Assembly (NCBI GenBank): GCA_951406725.2
Contig: OX597829.1
Span: 2,790,001 to 2,854,000 of the forward strand
Source: Octopus vulgaris
Taxonomy: Eukaryota
Direction: 5' to 3'
Length of the DNA stretch: 64,000 nucleotides
Below are positions 40,863 through 53,669 of this stretch, in pieces (within the stretch, counting starts at the first letter, position 1; each line of letters begins with the position of its first letter). Made by a program: the position numbers and the translations under genes. The notes under the pieces are model-generated. The model made no database searches. It was given only the letters and a program-made list of their open reading frames with translations, and was not told the DNA's origin.

Positions 40863-43800
40863 GCTTCACTTTTTGCTTTGTATTTGTACAAATTGACTCC
40901 AAGTCAGAAGTTCAAGATGGTATCATATCTAGGGTGTCATATATTTGGTTTTGAACATAGAATTGTTCTAGAGAATGTTTCAGAAAACATAAGAACATTA
41001 TAAATCTGCTTTAAAATTTGAGGTAACATAGAGAGTATTTTACGGAGTATATGGGCAGTTCCCATAAGTACTATCTTTTGAATTTCTGCTATTCTGGGGT
41101 TTCCTGATATCTGAGCTAAGTAGGAATCGGCCCCTTTTGCTATCATTCCCAGGGCACCTATGACAACAGGTATTGTTTTAGTCTTCAGGTTCCACATTTT
41201 GCTGATTTCTGTTTCAAGATCTTTATATTTGCTCAGTTTTTGGTAGGTCTTGACAGATACGTTTATATCGATTAGGACAGCCACATCAGTGAGGAGGCAT
41301 GATTTTTGTCTGAAGTCTTTCAATACGATGTCTGGCTATTCGCATCTATCTTTCTATCAGTTTGAACTGTGAAGTTGCAGAGGTGTGAGAGGTAATCATT
41401 TTCAAACACTGGAGATGGTTTGTGTTCCCACCAGTTTTTATCATGGGGCAGGTCCAGGTTTTCGCAAATTACCAAGTGAATATATTGTGCAGCTCTATCA
41501 TGCCTGTTGAGATACTCTGTAGGCGCAAGAAGACTGCACATGGAGACAACATGATTAATGCTTTCATTTTGTTATTGACATACACATGTTGTTCTTTAAT
41601 ATGTTGGCCTGCTAGTTCCTTGTAGGTAGGCATTGACCTTGGGCTGTTATGATAAACCCTTCTGTTTCTGATTTTAAGCCAGAAGACACTAGCCATTCAT
41701 GAGTAAGGGCTTTGTCAACACCGGTATTATTAGCTCTCTTTGGGTATTTGTCATTGAGAGGTTTTCTTTCCATTTATCCATAAGAATATCTAAGGCAGCA
41801 GTTTTAGCACTGGTTTTCATACCCTTAGCTTTTTCTGTGCTTGTTTCCAGTACGTCTAATTCTGGGATTCATTGTATTTGGAATTCACTTAGATATACCT
41901 TTGCCTGCTTTGTTACTGAGTATGATGCTTTCTTGTTTTCATGTTTTGAGTCAAGTTTTAACATCCACTCTTCCGAGTTTCTCAGGTAAGTGTTTTGGCC
42001 AATTGTGGCAATTTTCATTGTTTGTTCCAGTTGTAAAACTCCACGGCTACCCTCTTTTCTTGGCAGATGAAGTCGTTCTATATCTGCCTTACGGTGGTGT
42101 ATTCTATGCATTGTCAACAATTTTCGTATTTTTCTGTCAAGATTACATATTTCAGTAAGTGACCAGTTAATGATATTGAAACTGTAAGCCACGACCGGTA
42201 TGGCTAAAGTATTGATCGCTTTGATCCTGTTTCTTACATCCAGCTCTGTCTTGAGTATTGCTCTTGCCCTAAGATATAATTATTTTCTGATCTTTCTCTT
42301 TATCATTGAATGCTTGATTCCATCCCCTTCAAATACCCCTAGGTATTTGTAGCTCTCCACTGGTTCTAACTCTTTTATGACATTCTGCTGTTAAAGATTA
42401 ACGTTGGATGTTTCTGTCATTTGTCCTTTGATAAAGGTAGTTTTTGCACATTTATCGAAGCCAAATTGCATCCTGATGTCATCACCGAATTGTTAAACAA
42501 TCGCTAGGTAGCCCTGTAGTTGTTGGTCATTTTTTGCAAAGAGCTTTAAATCATCCATGTAAATGAGATGATTTATATTTTTACCAAACATTTTATAGCT
42601 ATATTGTACATCATCGAATAATTTTGAGAGAGGTATTAAGGCTTGACAAAAGAGGAGGAGTGATAGAGAGTCACCCTGGGAAATGCTACATGACATTCTT
42701 ACATCTCCAGCATTGAGAGATTCATTGTCACTGTTCAAAATCAGTGTTGTTTTCTATGATCTCATACTTACAGACAAAAAGTTTCGCAGAGTAGGCGCTA
42801 TTTTATACATTTCCGGACATTTCATAATCCAGCTATGTGGTAGGCTATCAAAAGCTTTTTTATAGTCTATCCAGGCTATCGGCTAGTTTTGTGTCGTTTG
42901 TGACAATCTTCCAAGATCATCTTATTGGTGAGCAGCTGATCTTTACAATCAAATGACCCACGTTTACATCCTTTTTGCTCATTAGGGAATATGCCACTTT
43001 TAGGTATACTATAGGTATATTCAATCAAGACAGATGTTAGTATTTTATACATTGTTGTTAAGCAGGTTATGGGTCTATAATTTTTTAGTTCATTTGTTTC
43101 TTCAGTTTTTCGAAGTAGGAATGTTACACCATTAACTAGCCAAGAGGGAATCATACTAGGCTGTTGTGAAACATTGTTGTAAAGTTTTGTTAGCGGCTCA
43201 TGACTTTCTGGGAAGCCATTCAGCCAGAAGTTAGGAATTTTATCCTTTTCTGGAGACTTCCATTTGCTTGACTTCTTGAGCGCAGATCTTACATACGCTT
43301 CCTTGACACCATCCCACTTTTGCTCTTCTAAGGAGTTTAAATCTGTAGATATTCTTTCAATCCAAGAGACGTTTTCATTGTGTGGTTTTTCTTCTGCCCA
43401 AATTTTATTCCAAAATTCCTACACCTCTTCTTTTGATGAGGTAGACTTTACTGTAACTGGTATTTTCCCTATCTTCCTGTAAAATTTCTTTTTAGTTATT
43501 TTTGAACATGTTGTTATCCTTGAAGAATCTAACGCGGGTTTCATACCTTGCTATACGGGCAGCTTTAGCACTTACCTTTTGCTTGATGGTTTCTATGGTG
43601 GTATCGGTGTCAAATATAGTTTTCCTATTATATTTTTTCTTTAATTTTCAGATTTTTGTTGGTTTGATACTCTTGACAAACTTAAGGTTTTCTTTAAACA
43701 TTCTATGTCAAACCTAAGTTGCTGGATTTGGTGTTGAATACGCTCTTGCCAAGTCGGCTTTTTGTGAGAATGTTGTTGTTTTATAATCTTTTCACTACAT
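40860..43800 (-). mobile_element. Dong/R4 LINE, longer decayed copy of the same family as 38270-40282
   Basis: KNYRPITCL, EQKGC, QGDSLS, YMDDLKLF, CSLLAPTEYLNRHD and KYKDL...IPVVIGALG. 3' end abuts (TAA)n. Confidence 0.92.
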
Positions 43801-43830
43801 AGAATCGTTATCATTATCATTACTACTGCA

Positions 43831-43879
<49 letters not shown>

Positions 43880-44480
43880 TACTGAAAGACTCTCGGATAG
43901 TTCTTAATTACCGGTTATTCTTTACTTGAAAGCAGTCAATAACAAATCACCAAAGGTTTCAAGTAGTGCCTTCTCCCGTGACTCAAAGAGACAATACTTT
44001 CCTTAGAATGCCAGGTGTAGCCAACAATTCTGTCTGCTGGATCACTTCGAGCCTGACAGCAGCTCCAATATTTTTAATATGTTTTTCAAAGCTCTTGGAA
44101 AGTGTTCCTAATGCCCCAGTTACCACTGGTATCACCATTACTTTCCTCATGTTCCATAACTTTCCTATCTCGTCCCGCAGTGGCTGGTATTTCTCACTAT
44201 TTTCTGTTTCCTTACATTTCACCCTCGAATCGCCTGCTATTGCAACATCTAATATTTTTGCTTATTTTTCATCTTCATGGATGATCACGATATCTAGCCC
44301 TATCGCCTCTTTGACTTGGTAGCACTGTATGCTAAAATCACAGAATATTTTGTAATGTTCCTTTTCCATTACTCCCTCTGACTTGTGTTCATACTATTGT
44401 TCAGCTCCCTCGAGTTTTGCATTACCGCAAAACAACCAGTGGACATATCTGCCACATTGTTGTGTCTCCGTTTTGAATGT
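43880..44480 (-). pseudogene. RLE-LINE 3' end (duplicated at ~47130-47730)
   Basis: KETENSEKYQPLRDEI.KLWNM.KV.VIPVVTGALG. Confidence 0.8.
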
Positions 44481-44499
44481 ATGTGCGTTTTCCCAGTGT

Positions 44500-45330
44500 T
44501 TACAAATTTCACGGAAAAAATAAATAAACAGTTACCAGGGTAGCAAAAATTCACACAAGTAACAAGGATGTAACAACCTATTTATAAAGGTAGAAACTCC
44601 AGGTTAAGGTGAAATGTTTTGTATAATATAGATAAATAAATAAATGGAGTTAAACGCAGGTGTTATTCAAATTCCAGAAGGAATAAAATGGTATAAAACA
44701 ATGCAAACTTCTCATCAGGGAGAAAAAAAAACCAAACTAATCAATAAGACATTTTAACAGAATGTGACGACTGCTTATAATGATGAAGGGAAGGCTATTA
44801 AGATTTTTTAAAAAAAGAAGCGTTAGTAGATATAACGTCAAAGGTAGCAAATAGAAAGAGAAGGAGGGGAAGCAAAGAAATTAGCAGAAAACTAATAGTG
44901 GAGAAATATAGAGCGATGGGTGAATTAGAACAAAGCTTAAAAGTGTGGAATTAGATATATTTAGTGGAAGTGAAGTACAAGAAGATAATCAAAGGTCAAA
45001 TTATAAAGAATGGTAGAAATCACTTAAAGGAACTAAAGATATGTTTCTGCCAATGTTTGAAACGATAAACGCGTTCTGTAAACATATTCACAAGGGGATT
45101 CTTTGAGAATAGAATATAAAACATTTCGCCATTACAAAGCGAGCAGAAACGTTTACTTTTATCATACGGTAAAGAAATAGAGAGAATATTCCATTCCAAA
45201 TTAAATTGTTTATTATTACACCATTTTATTCCTTCTGGAATAATACAAATGTTGTCTTCGAAACATATGTAGGAAGTAAAAGAATTTGAATAACTCCGGC
45301 ATTTAATTCCATTGATATATATATATGAGA
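44500..45330 (-). mobile_element. 5'-truncated PLE: GIY-YIG C-terminus, terminal repeat and inverted partial terminal repeat (duplicated at ~47750-48578)
   Basis: LEWNILS....Y....RFCSLCNGEMFYI. 45216-45325 is an inverted homolog of 44641-44700, and hammerhead halves lie at 44708-44722 (-) and 45256-45276 (+). Confidence 0.72.
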
Positions 45331-45334
45331 AAAG

Positions 45335-46870
45335 GTTGAGTTCTATTTCATCCTTTACTTTGGTGGGTTCCAAAGTTCGATTAACTATAAGTCTAAAATA
45401 AGTCATACAATAAGCCTAAAATCACTTATATCAATGTTAAAAGTTATCATACAAAGTCTATTACCAATTGTCTAGTTAATAACATAGAAAAAAGAATTAA
45501 TTACCTCTCATTTAATAAGGATATATTTAACGAAAACAAAGAATTATACAATATTGCATTGGCAAAAGCAGGATATAAAGCAGAAAATTAAATATATTAA
45601 GTATTGTTCGCATGCGATTAATAACAAACCTAAACATCTGCACGAAGATAAATATAACCAAAATATGAAAAACGTAAGATTAAGGTTATGATTAATAAAA
45701 AAAATATAAATATGGATAAAACAGTTAATCGATTAAGGCTAACGGACATCCTGGTAATGACTAAACATGCATATATTACACTCCAAACAATTTGACCAAA
45801 ATTAGAACAATATAAATAATAAATTAGCCATTGACCAGATCAATATGAACATGAGACCTTACAATAACAATAGCAACATTAACACTAATTACAATATAAA
45901 AAGAAATAAAAATTATATACCTTGTATAAAATCCACTATAACAAACTATATTAATCTCAATTCTAGTAAATATAAAATAAAGGAGAATATTAGCTGGTTG
46001 CTATTGCCCTTCGCTAAAGAAGTAAAAACAGACTTAATTAAAGTTATACGTCGGATAATAAACAAACCAAACACTTATCTCGTAATAAAAGGTATGTACA
46101 GTGAAATAATTCAGAATAGACACTTTAGATTTGGTCATTCTATTTCCCATATTTTTTCTAGATATATATCTTCTATGAATTATGCAAAATTAGATAATCT
46201 TTACGCTAAGCGAAAACTTCCCCAAACAAACACATAATGTACCATGTAAAGGGAAGTCTGAATATTTTAATATAAACAATGGAAGGGAGCCTACTGTCCA
46301 TAACCCACCTGTTAATTATAGTGATAATCTTAGTAAGGTCTGTGATTGTAAGGTTAAATAGCAATGTAAATTTAATAATTATAATTAATAATTATAGCAA
46401 ATAGAAGAATTTAGTATACCAAGCTATAGTAGAAAGTTGAAGAGAAACTCTTTTACCATATTGGCTCTACGGAATCATATGTGAAACATAGAATAGCGAA
46501 CCACGAATGTTCTTTTAGAAACCCTAATAAACGTTCTTCGACCGGTCTCAGTAAATTCATCTGGAAATTAAAAGACAGTAATATCAGTTTTAAAATTAGA
46601 TGGAAGATTATATGTTCTGCAAAATCTTACCGTCCACCAAATAGAATTTTCAACTCTGCACATCAGAGTTCTCTAACATCCTTTTTTTCTAGTAACCAGT
46701 TATTAAATGAGAGTTAAAAAATTCTCAGCTACACACTTCTAAATATCTATTTTATAAATATCATTAATGATTCTTTAATTATTCCTAAAACTAATTGTTA
46801 GGTTCCTTATCAACCGTAAATATTTTTACTAAATAAGAAACTGAGTTAATTAGATCCATATTTATGTCCT
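45335..46870 (+). pseudogene. PLE RT-thumb + GIY-YIG endonuclease remnant (duplicated at ~48583-50118)
   Basis: NNIEKRINYLSFNKDIF...YNIALAKAGY, NISWLLLPFAKEVKT, CDC, VYQAIV, HIGSTE..VKHRIANH..SF...STGLSKFIWKLK...IRWKI. Confidence 0.85.
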
Positions 46871-47079
46871 TATTGCCCACAGGGGGCTATTAATTTTCAG
46901 ATTTTTGTTGGTTTGATACTCTTGACAAACTTAAGGTTTTCTTTAAACATTCTATGTCAAACCTAAGTTGCTGGATTTGGTGTTGAATACGCTCTTGCCA
47001 AGTCGGCTTTTTGTGAGAATGTTGTTGTTTTATAATCTTTTCACTACATAGAATCGTTATCATTATCATTACTACTGCA

Positions 47080-47128
<49 letters not shown>

Positions 47129-50109
47129 TACTGAAAGACTCTCGGATAGTTCTTAATTACCGGTTATTCTTTACTTGAAAGCAGTCAATAACAAATCACC
47201 AAAGGTTTCAAGTAGTGCCTTCTCCCGTGACTCAAAGAGACAATACTTTCCTTAGAATGCCAGGTGTAGCCAACAATTCTGTCTGCTGGATCACTTCGAG
47301 CCTGACAGCAGCTCCAATATTTTTAATATGTTTTTCAAAGCTCTTGGAAAGTGTTCCTAATGCCCCAGTTACCACTGGTATCACCATTACTTTCCTCATG
47401 TTCCATAACTTTCCTATCTCGTCCCGCAGTGGCTGGTATTTCTCACTATTTTCTGTTTCCTTACATTTCACCCTCGAATCGCCTGCTATTGCAACATCTA
47501 ATATTTTTGCTTATTTTTCATCTTCATGGATGATCACGATATCTAGCCCTATCGCCTCTTTGACTTGGTAGCACTGTATGCTAAAATCACAGAATATTTT
47601 GTAATGTTCCTTTTCCATTACTCCCTCTGACTTGTGTTCATACTATTGTTCAGCTCCCTCGAGTTTTGCATTACCGCAAAACAACCAGTGGACATATCTG
47701 CCACATTGTTGTGTCTCCGTTTTGAATGTATGTGCGTTTTCCCAGTGTTTACAAATTTCACGGAAAAAATAAATAAACAGTTACCAGGGTAGCAAAAATT
47801 CACACAAGTAACAAGGATGTAACAACCTATTTATAAAGGTAGAAACTCCAGGTTAAGGTGAAATGTTTTGTATAATATAGATAAATAAATAAATGGAGTT
47901 AAACGCAGGTGTTATTCAAATTCCAGAAGGAATAAAATGGTATAAAACAATGCAAACTTCTCATCAGGGAGAAAAAAAACCAAACTAATCAATAAGACAT
48001 TTTAACAGAATGTGACGACTGCTTATAATGATGAAGGGAAGGCTATTAAGATTTTTTAAAAAAAGAAGCGTTAGTAGATATAACGTCAAAGGTAGCAAAT
48101 AGAAAGAGAAGGAGGGGAAGCAAAGAAATTAGCAGAAAACTAATAGTGGAGAAATATAGAGCGATGGGTGAATTAGAACAAAGCTTAAAAGTGTGGAATT
48201 AGATATATTTAGTGGAAGTGAAGTACAAGAAGATAATCAAAGGTCAAATTATAAAGAATGGTAGAAATCACTTAAAGGAACTAAAGATATGTTTCTGCCA
48301 ATGTTTGAAACGATAAACGCGTTCTGTAAACATATTCACAAGGGGATTCTTTGAGAATAGAATATAAAACATTTCGCCATTACAAAGCGAGCAGAAACGT
48401 TTACTTTTATCATACGGTAAAGAAATAGAGAGAATATTCCATTCCAAATTAAATTGTTTATTATTACACCATTTTATTCCTTCTGGAATAATACAAATGT
48501 TGTCTTCGAAACATATGTAGGAAGTAAAAGAATTTGAATAACTCCGGCATTTAATTCCATTGATATATATATATGAGAAAAGGTTGAGTTCTATTTCATC
48601 CTTTACTTTGGTGGGTTCCAAAGTTCGATTAACTATAAGTCTAAAATAAGTCATACAATAAGCCTAAAATCACTTATATCAATGTTAAAAGTTATCATAC
48701 AAAGTCTATTACCAATTGTCTAGTTAATAACATAGAAAAAAGAATTAATTACCTCTCATTTAATAAGGATATATTTAACGAAAACAAAGAATTATACAAT
48801 ATTGCATTGGCAAAAGCAGGATATAAAGCAGAAAATTAAATATATTAAGTATTGTTCGCATGCGATTAATAACAAACCTAAACATCTGCACGAAGATAAA
48901 TATAACCAAAATATGAAAAACGTAAGATTAAGGTTATGATTAATAAAAAAAATATAAATATGGATAAAACAGTTAATCGATTAAGGCTAACGGACATCCT
49001 GGTAATGACTAAACATGCATATATTACACTCCAAACAATTTGACCAAAATTAGAACAATATAAATAATAAATTAGCCATTGACCAGATCAATATGAACAT
49101 GAGACCTTACAATAACAATAGCAACATTAACACTAATTACAATATAAAAAGAAATAAAAATTATATACCTTGTATAAAATCCACTATAACAAACTATATT
49201 AATCTCAATTCTAGTAAATATAAAATAAAGGAGAATATTAGCTGGTTGCTATTGCCCTTCGCTAAAGAAGTAAAAACAGACTTAATTAAAGTTATACGTC
49301 GGATAATAAACAAACCAAACACTTATCTCGTAATAAAAGGTATGTACAGTGAAATAATTCAGAATAGACACTTTAGATTTGGTCATTCTATTTCCCATAT
49401 TTTTTCTAGATATATATCTTCTATGAATTATGCAAAATTAGATAATCTTTACGCTAAGCGAAAACTTCCCCAAACAAACACATAATGTACCATGTAAAGG
49501 GAAGTCTGAATATTTTAATATAAACAATGGAAGGGAGCCTACTGTCCATAACCCACCTGTTAATTATAGTGATAATCTTAGTAAGGTCTGTGATTGTAAG
49601 GTTAAATAGCAATGTAAATTTAATAATTATAATTAATAATTATAGCAAATAGAAGAATTTAGTATACCAAGCTATAGTAGAAAGTTGAAGAGAAACTCTT
49701 TTACCATATTGGCTCTACGGAATCATATGTGAAACATAGAATAGCGAACCACGAATGTTCTTTTAGAAACCCTAATAAACGTTCTTCGACCGGTCTCAGT
49801 AAATTCATCTGGAAATTAAAAGACAGTAATATCAGTTTTAAAATTAGATGGAAGATTATATGTTCTGCAAAATCTTACCGTCCACCAAATAGAATTTTCA
49901 ACTCTGCACATCAGAGTTCTCTAACATCCTTTTTTTCTAGTAACCAGTTATTAAATGAGAGTTAAAAAATTCTCAGCTACACACTTCTAAATATCTATTT
50001 TATAAATATCATTAATGATTCTTTAATTATTCCTAAAACTAATTGTTAGGTTCCTTATCAACCGTAAATATTTTTACTAAATAAGAAACTGAGTTAATTA
50101 GATCCATAT

Positions 50110-50527
50110 TTATGTCCTTATTGCCCACAGGGGGCTAAACGTAGAGAGGACAAACAAGGACAGACCAACGGATTAAGTCGATTACATCGACTCCAGTACG
50201 TAACTGGTAATTATTTAAATGACCCCGAAAAGACGAAAGGCAAAGTCGACCTCGGCGTAATTTGAACTCAGAACGTAACGGCAAACGAAATACCTATTTC
50301 TTTACTACCCATAAGGGGCTAAACACAGAGAGGACAAACAAGGACAGACAAACGGATTAAGTCGATTACATCGACCCCAGTTCGCAACTGGTACTTAATT
50401 TATCGACTCCGAAAGGATGAAAGGCAAAGTCGACCTCGACGGAATTTGAACTCAGAGCGTAACGGCAGACGAAACACCGCTAAGCATTTCGCCCGGCGTG
50501 CTAACGTTTCTGCCAGCTCGCCGCCTT
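50110..50527 (-). mobile_element. Two tandem SINE family B copies
   Basis: aaggcaaagtcgacctcg occurs twice. The head gccagctcgccgcctt is at ~50512-50527. Confidence 0.9.
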
Positions 50528-51268
50528 AGATCTATATTAGAACTAGCTTTTATATCTAAAATTTTATGCGATATAAAATATGTAATATCTTGCGTTAATA
50601 TACATATTTCTAACATGTGCATAATATATTTATATAAATGATCATCTTCCAACAACCATTCAGGTTTATTTCTTTTGTAACATATATAAATGACATTTCC
50701 TTACATATAAATTCCTTGCATATGCGTTATATCTTTCTTCTTATTTTCACAGAGTAAATTATATAATAATTAATATTTGTTAAATTATCATTAAATATCA
50801 ATACTTGGTTTAATTGCTAAATAGTTTTAATCTACTTTAGCAAAACATCGTTTATAAATACAAATACTACATTTTCCTCATAAAACGTAATATGCAATTC
50901 CTACATATGATGAAGAAATCTCCAATTTACTTATTTATTTAGTTAATATATTATTAATTACAAACATATTATGCTACATTATATCAAATATCCAATATAT
51001 GCTCCCATATATTCTACTATATTTTATTTCGCTATATTATATTTTATTCTTTTTCAGTTCAGTCCCTCGTTCAACTTTTCCTTTTATTTGATCTCTTAAC
51101 TGATCAATTCTAGATATTAGAAAACTTCCTAACAACTTAGATTTTCTGAAAATAAATAAATGAAAATAAGTTTAATAGATATATGTATTTGAGTTCGAGT
51201 GTGTATATGTGTGTGTATGCGTGTGCATGTGTGCATGTGTGTGTTTATACGTATGCGTATATATTGAA

Positions 51269-51344
<76 letters not shown>

Positions 51345-51347
<3 letters not shown>

Positions 51348-51717
51348 ATAATATAATTCGAGACAAAACCACTATTTTAAAACCAAACAAGGAAAGACTT
51401 AATCAATACATAAAATGTTAATATAAATTAATAAACCACTACAAATGTTTCATGTCTGCTACCGACAATCTTCAAAATTTGATACCGATTAGAAGATCGA
51501 AAATCCACCTGAAGATTGTCGGTAGCAGACATGAAACATTTGTAGTGGCGGTTTATTAATTTATATTAAAATATTATGTATTGATTAAGTTTTTCCTTGT
51601 TTGGTTTTAAAATAGTGGTTTTGTCTCGAATTATATTATATAATATTTTACTATAAAATTGGATTTAACCCTAAATCTGATTTTTTCCCTGTAATTTTGG
51701 ATTCATTCCCTAATATT

Positions 51718-51722
<5 letters not shown>
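51345..51722 (+). mobile_element. Fold-back PLE terminal-repeat element in (TA)n
   Basis: Inverted arms 51345-51474 and 51510-51642, with an extra tail to ~51720. Confidence 0.8.
51505..51548 (+). ncRNA. Type I hammerhead ribozyme (structurally intact)
   Basis: CCAC-CTGAAGA-TTGTC-ggtagca-GACAT-GAAA-CATTTG-TA-GTGG. Predicted cleavage after GUA at 51544. Confidence 0.8.
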
Positions 51723-51759
<37 letters not shown>

Positions 51760-52273
51760 TTAAGGGTAGAAATTGATATTTATTAATTAAGACCAGTGGT
51801 CTAGCATATTAAAAAAGAATCCGAAGATTAAAATATTTATATATACCAATTAAGGACTGAACACGAACACGATACCGAAATATCGCGTGCATGGAGTTCA
51901 GCCTATTACATTTGAATATATCTTTCAAATGCCTTTACTTTGGCGCGTTGAAACCCGAGAAAACTAGCCTGCAGCTAATAATTAGCAGCAGTTAATTTAT
52001 CGGTTAGAGAACATATTTATTTATATAAAATTAATTAAGGGTAGAAATTGATATTTATCAATTAAGACCAGTGGTCTAGCATATTAAAAAAGAATCCGAA
52101 GATTAAAATATTTATATATACCAATTAAGGACTGAACACGAAAAGTGGACAGTCAACATGCTAGATATAGACGTCAAATCGTCATTCACCACAAAAGATT
52201 ATGTTCTCAGATCAAACTCAACACAAAACCATAGCAATAAACAAGTGAAAAATATACGAAATAAAATAATTAC

Positions 52274-52339
52274 CCATGTACTAACTTAGTTTCAGCTGTT
52301 ATTTTCCGCAGAGGAAAACTGCAGCCATCATCAGCATGG
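52274..52339 (-). ncRNA. Type I hammerhead ribozyme (structurally intact)
   Basis: CCATG-CTGATGA-t-GGCTG..ttttcc..ggaaaa..CAGCT-GAAA-CTAAGTTAG-TA-CATGG. Confidence 0.82.
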
Positions 52340-52531
52340 TCCGTTATAAATGTAATTTGCTGGACTAAATGCAAACACGATACCGAAATATCAAGCTAGT
52401 TTTCTCGGGTTTCAACGCGCCAAAGTAAAGGCATTTGAAAGATATATTCAAATGTAATAGGCTGAACTCCATGCACGCGATATTTCGGTATCGTGTTTGC
52501 ATTTAGTCCAGCAAATTACATTTATAACGGA

Positions 52532-52596
52532 CCATGCTGATGATGGCTGCAGTTTTCCTTGCGGAAAATAACACCTGAAACTAAGTTAGTACATGG
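52532..52596 (+). ncRNA. Type I hammerhead ribozyme (second copy, one stem II mismatch)
   Basis: CCATG-CTGATGA-tGGCTG...CACCT-GAAA-CTAAGTTAG-TA-CATGG. Predicted cleavage after 52591. Confidence 0.75.
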
Positions 52597-52769
52597 GTAA
52601 TTATTTTATTTCGTATATTTTTCACTTGTTTATTGCTATGGTTTTGTGTTGAGTTTGATCTGAGAACATAATCTTTTGTGGTGAATGACGATTTGACGTC
52701 TATATCTAGCATGTTGACTGTCCACTTTTCGTGTTCAGTCCTTAATTGGTATATATATATATATATATA

Positions 52770-52942
52770 GGCGTAGGAGTGGTTGTGTGGTAAGTAGCTT
52801 GCTTACCAACCACATGGTTCCGGGTTCAGTCCCACTGCGTGGCACCTTAAGCAAGTGTCTTCTACTATAGCCTCGGGCCAAAGCCTTGTGAGTGGATTTG
52901 ATAGACGGAAACTGAAAGAAGCCCGTCATATATATGTATATA

Positions 52943-52993
<51 letters not shown>

Positions 52994-53185
52994 TTGTTTG
53001 TTTATGCTTGTCCCCCAACATCGCTTGACAATCGTAACTTAGCGGTTCGGCAAAAAGAGCCCGATAGAATAAGTACTAGGCTTACAAAGAATAAGTCCTG
53101 GGGTTGATTTGCTCGACTAAAGGCGGTGCTCCAGCATGGCCACAGTCAAATGACCGAAACAAGTAAAAGAGTAAAAGAGTAAAGA
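52770..53185 (+). mobile_element. SINE family A, full length
   Basis: ggcgtaggagtgg head, B-box gggttcagtccc, internal (TG)n, tail ggcggtgctccagcatggcc...(gtaaaaga)n. Confidence 0.93.
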
Positions 53186-53204
53186 GAATATACATGTACA
53201 TATA

Positions 53205-53408
53205 TATAGTTAATCCAAACATGAAAACACAAAGAGAAAACACAACATACGTGGAACAAGTGTAGTGTTTTTGGACGCTCAGGAAAGGAAAGAAAGAAGG
53301 AGGATTTAACGTTTCGAGCGGAGCTCTTCGTCATAAACATAGGAATAGGAAAGATTCAAGGAAGGGAAGACGGGAGAAAAAAATCGCTAACGGTACAAAT
53401 GCGGTCAC
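53205..53408 (-). mobile_element. ~195-bp minimal-hammerhead element (copy 2)
   Basis: Minus strand 53305-53337 reads ttt-ATGACGA-A-GAGC-tcc-GCTC-GAAA-CG-TT-aaa. Confidence 0.75.
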
Positions 53409-53414
53409 ACACAC

Positions 53415-53460
<46 letters not shown>

Positions 53461-53669
53461 GATTGTGTAAATACATAAATATATACGCGTAATATATTGA
53501 TGACTATGAGTTTACATGCAAGACTTTCAAGATACATATCTTAAAGGTCAGATATTTCAAACTTTTGTCTATAATTGATTTTAAATATGACACAATCTGA
53601 TCTGGACGCTAAGCATCCATAGATTTCCTGAACCGTATCTATTACCAAACCATGGTCGACTAATTTTTT

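Larger units (their letters stand above)
43641..50137. repeat. Near-identical tandem duplication of ~3.25 kb (43641-46888 and 46890-50137)
   Basis: Identical ORF translations offset by 3249/3248 bp. The only difference seen is A9 versus A8 at ~44723/47972. Confidence 0.95.
51752..52758. mobile_element. Complex fold-back PLE terminal-repeat element (direct + inverted segments) in (TA)n
   Basis: Inverted arms 52113-52392 and 52479-52758. 51756-51866 is directly repeated at 52031-52141. The spacer is an inverted copy of ~51884-51968. Confidence 0.85.

Noticed and set aside
52770-52845. tRNA genes at SINE heads
   Set aside because: A/B boxes are present but there is no complete cloverleaf, and they run into SINE bodies.
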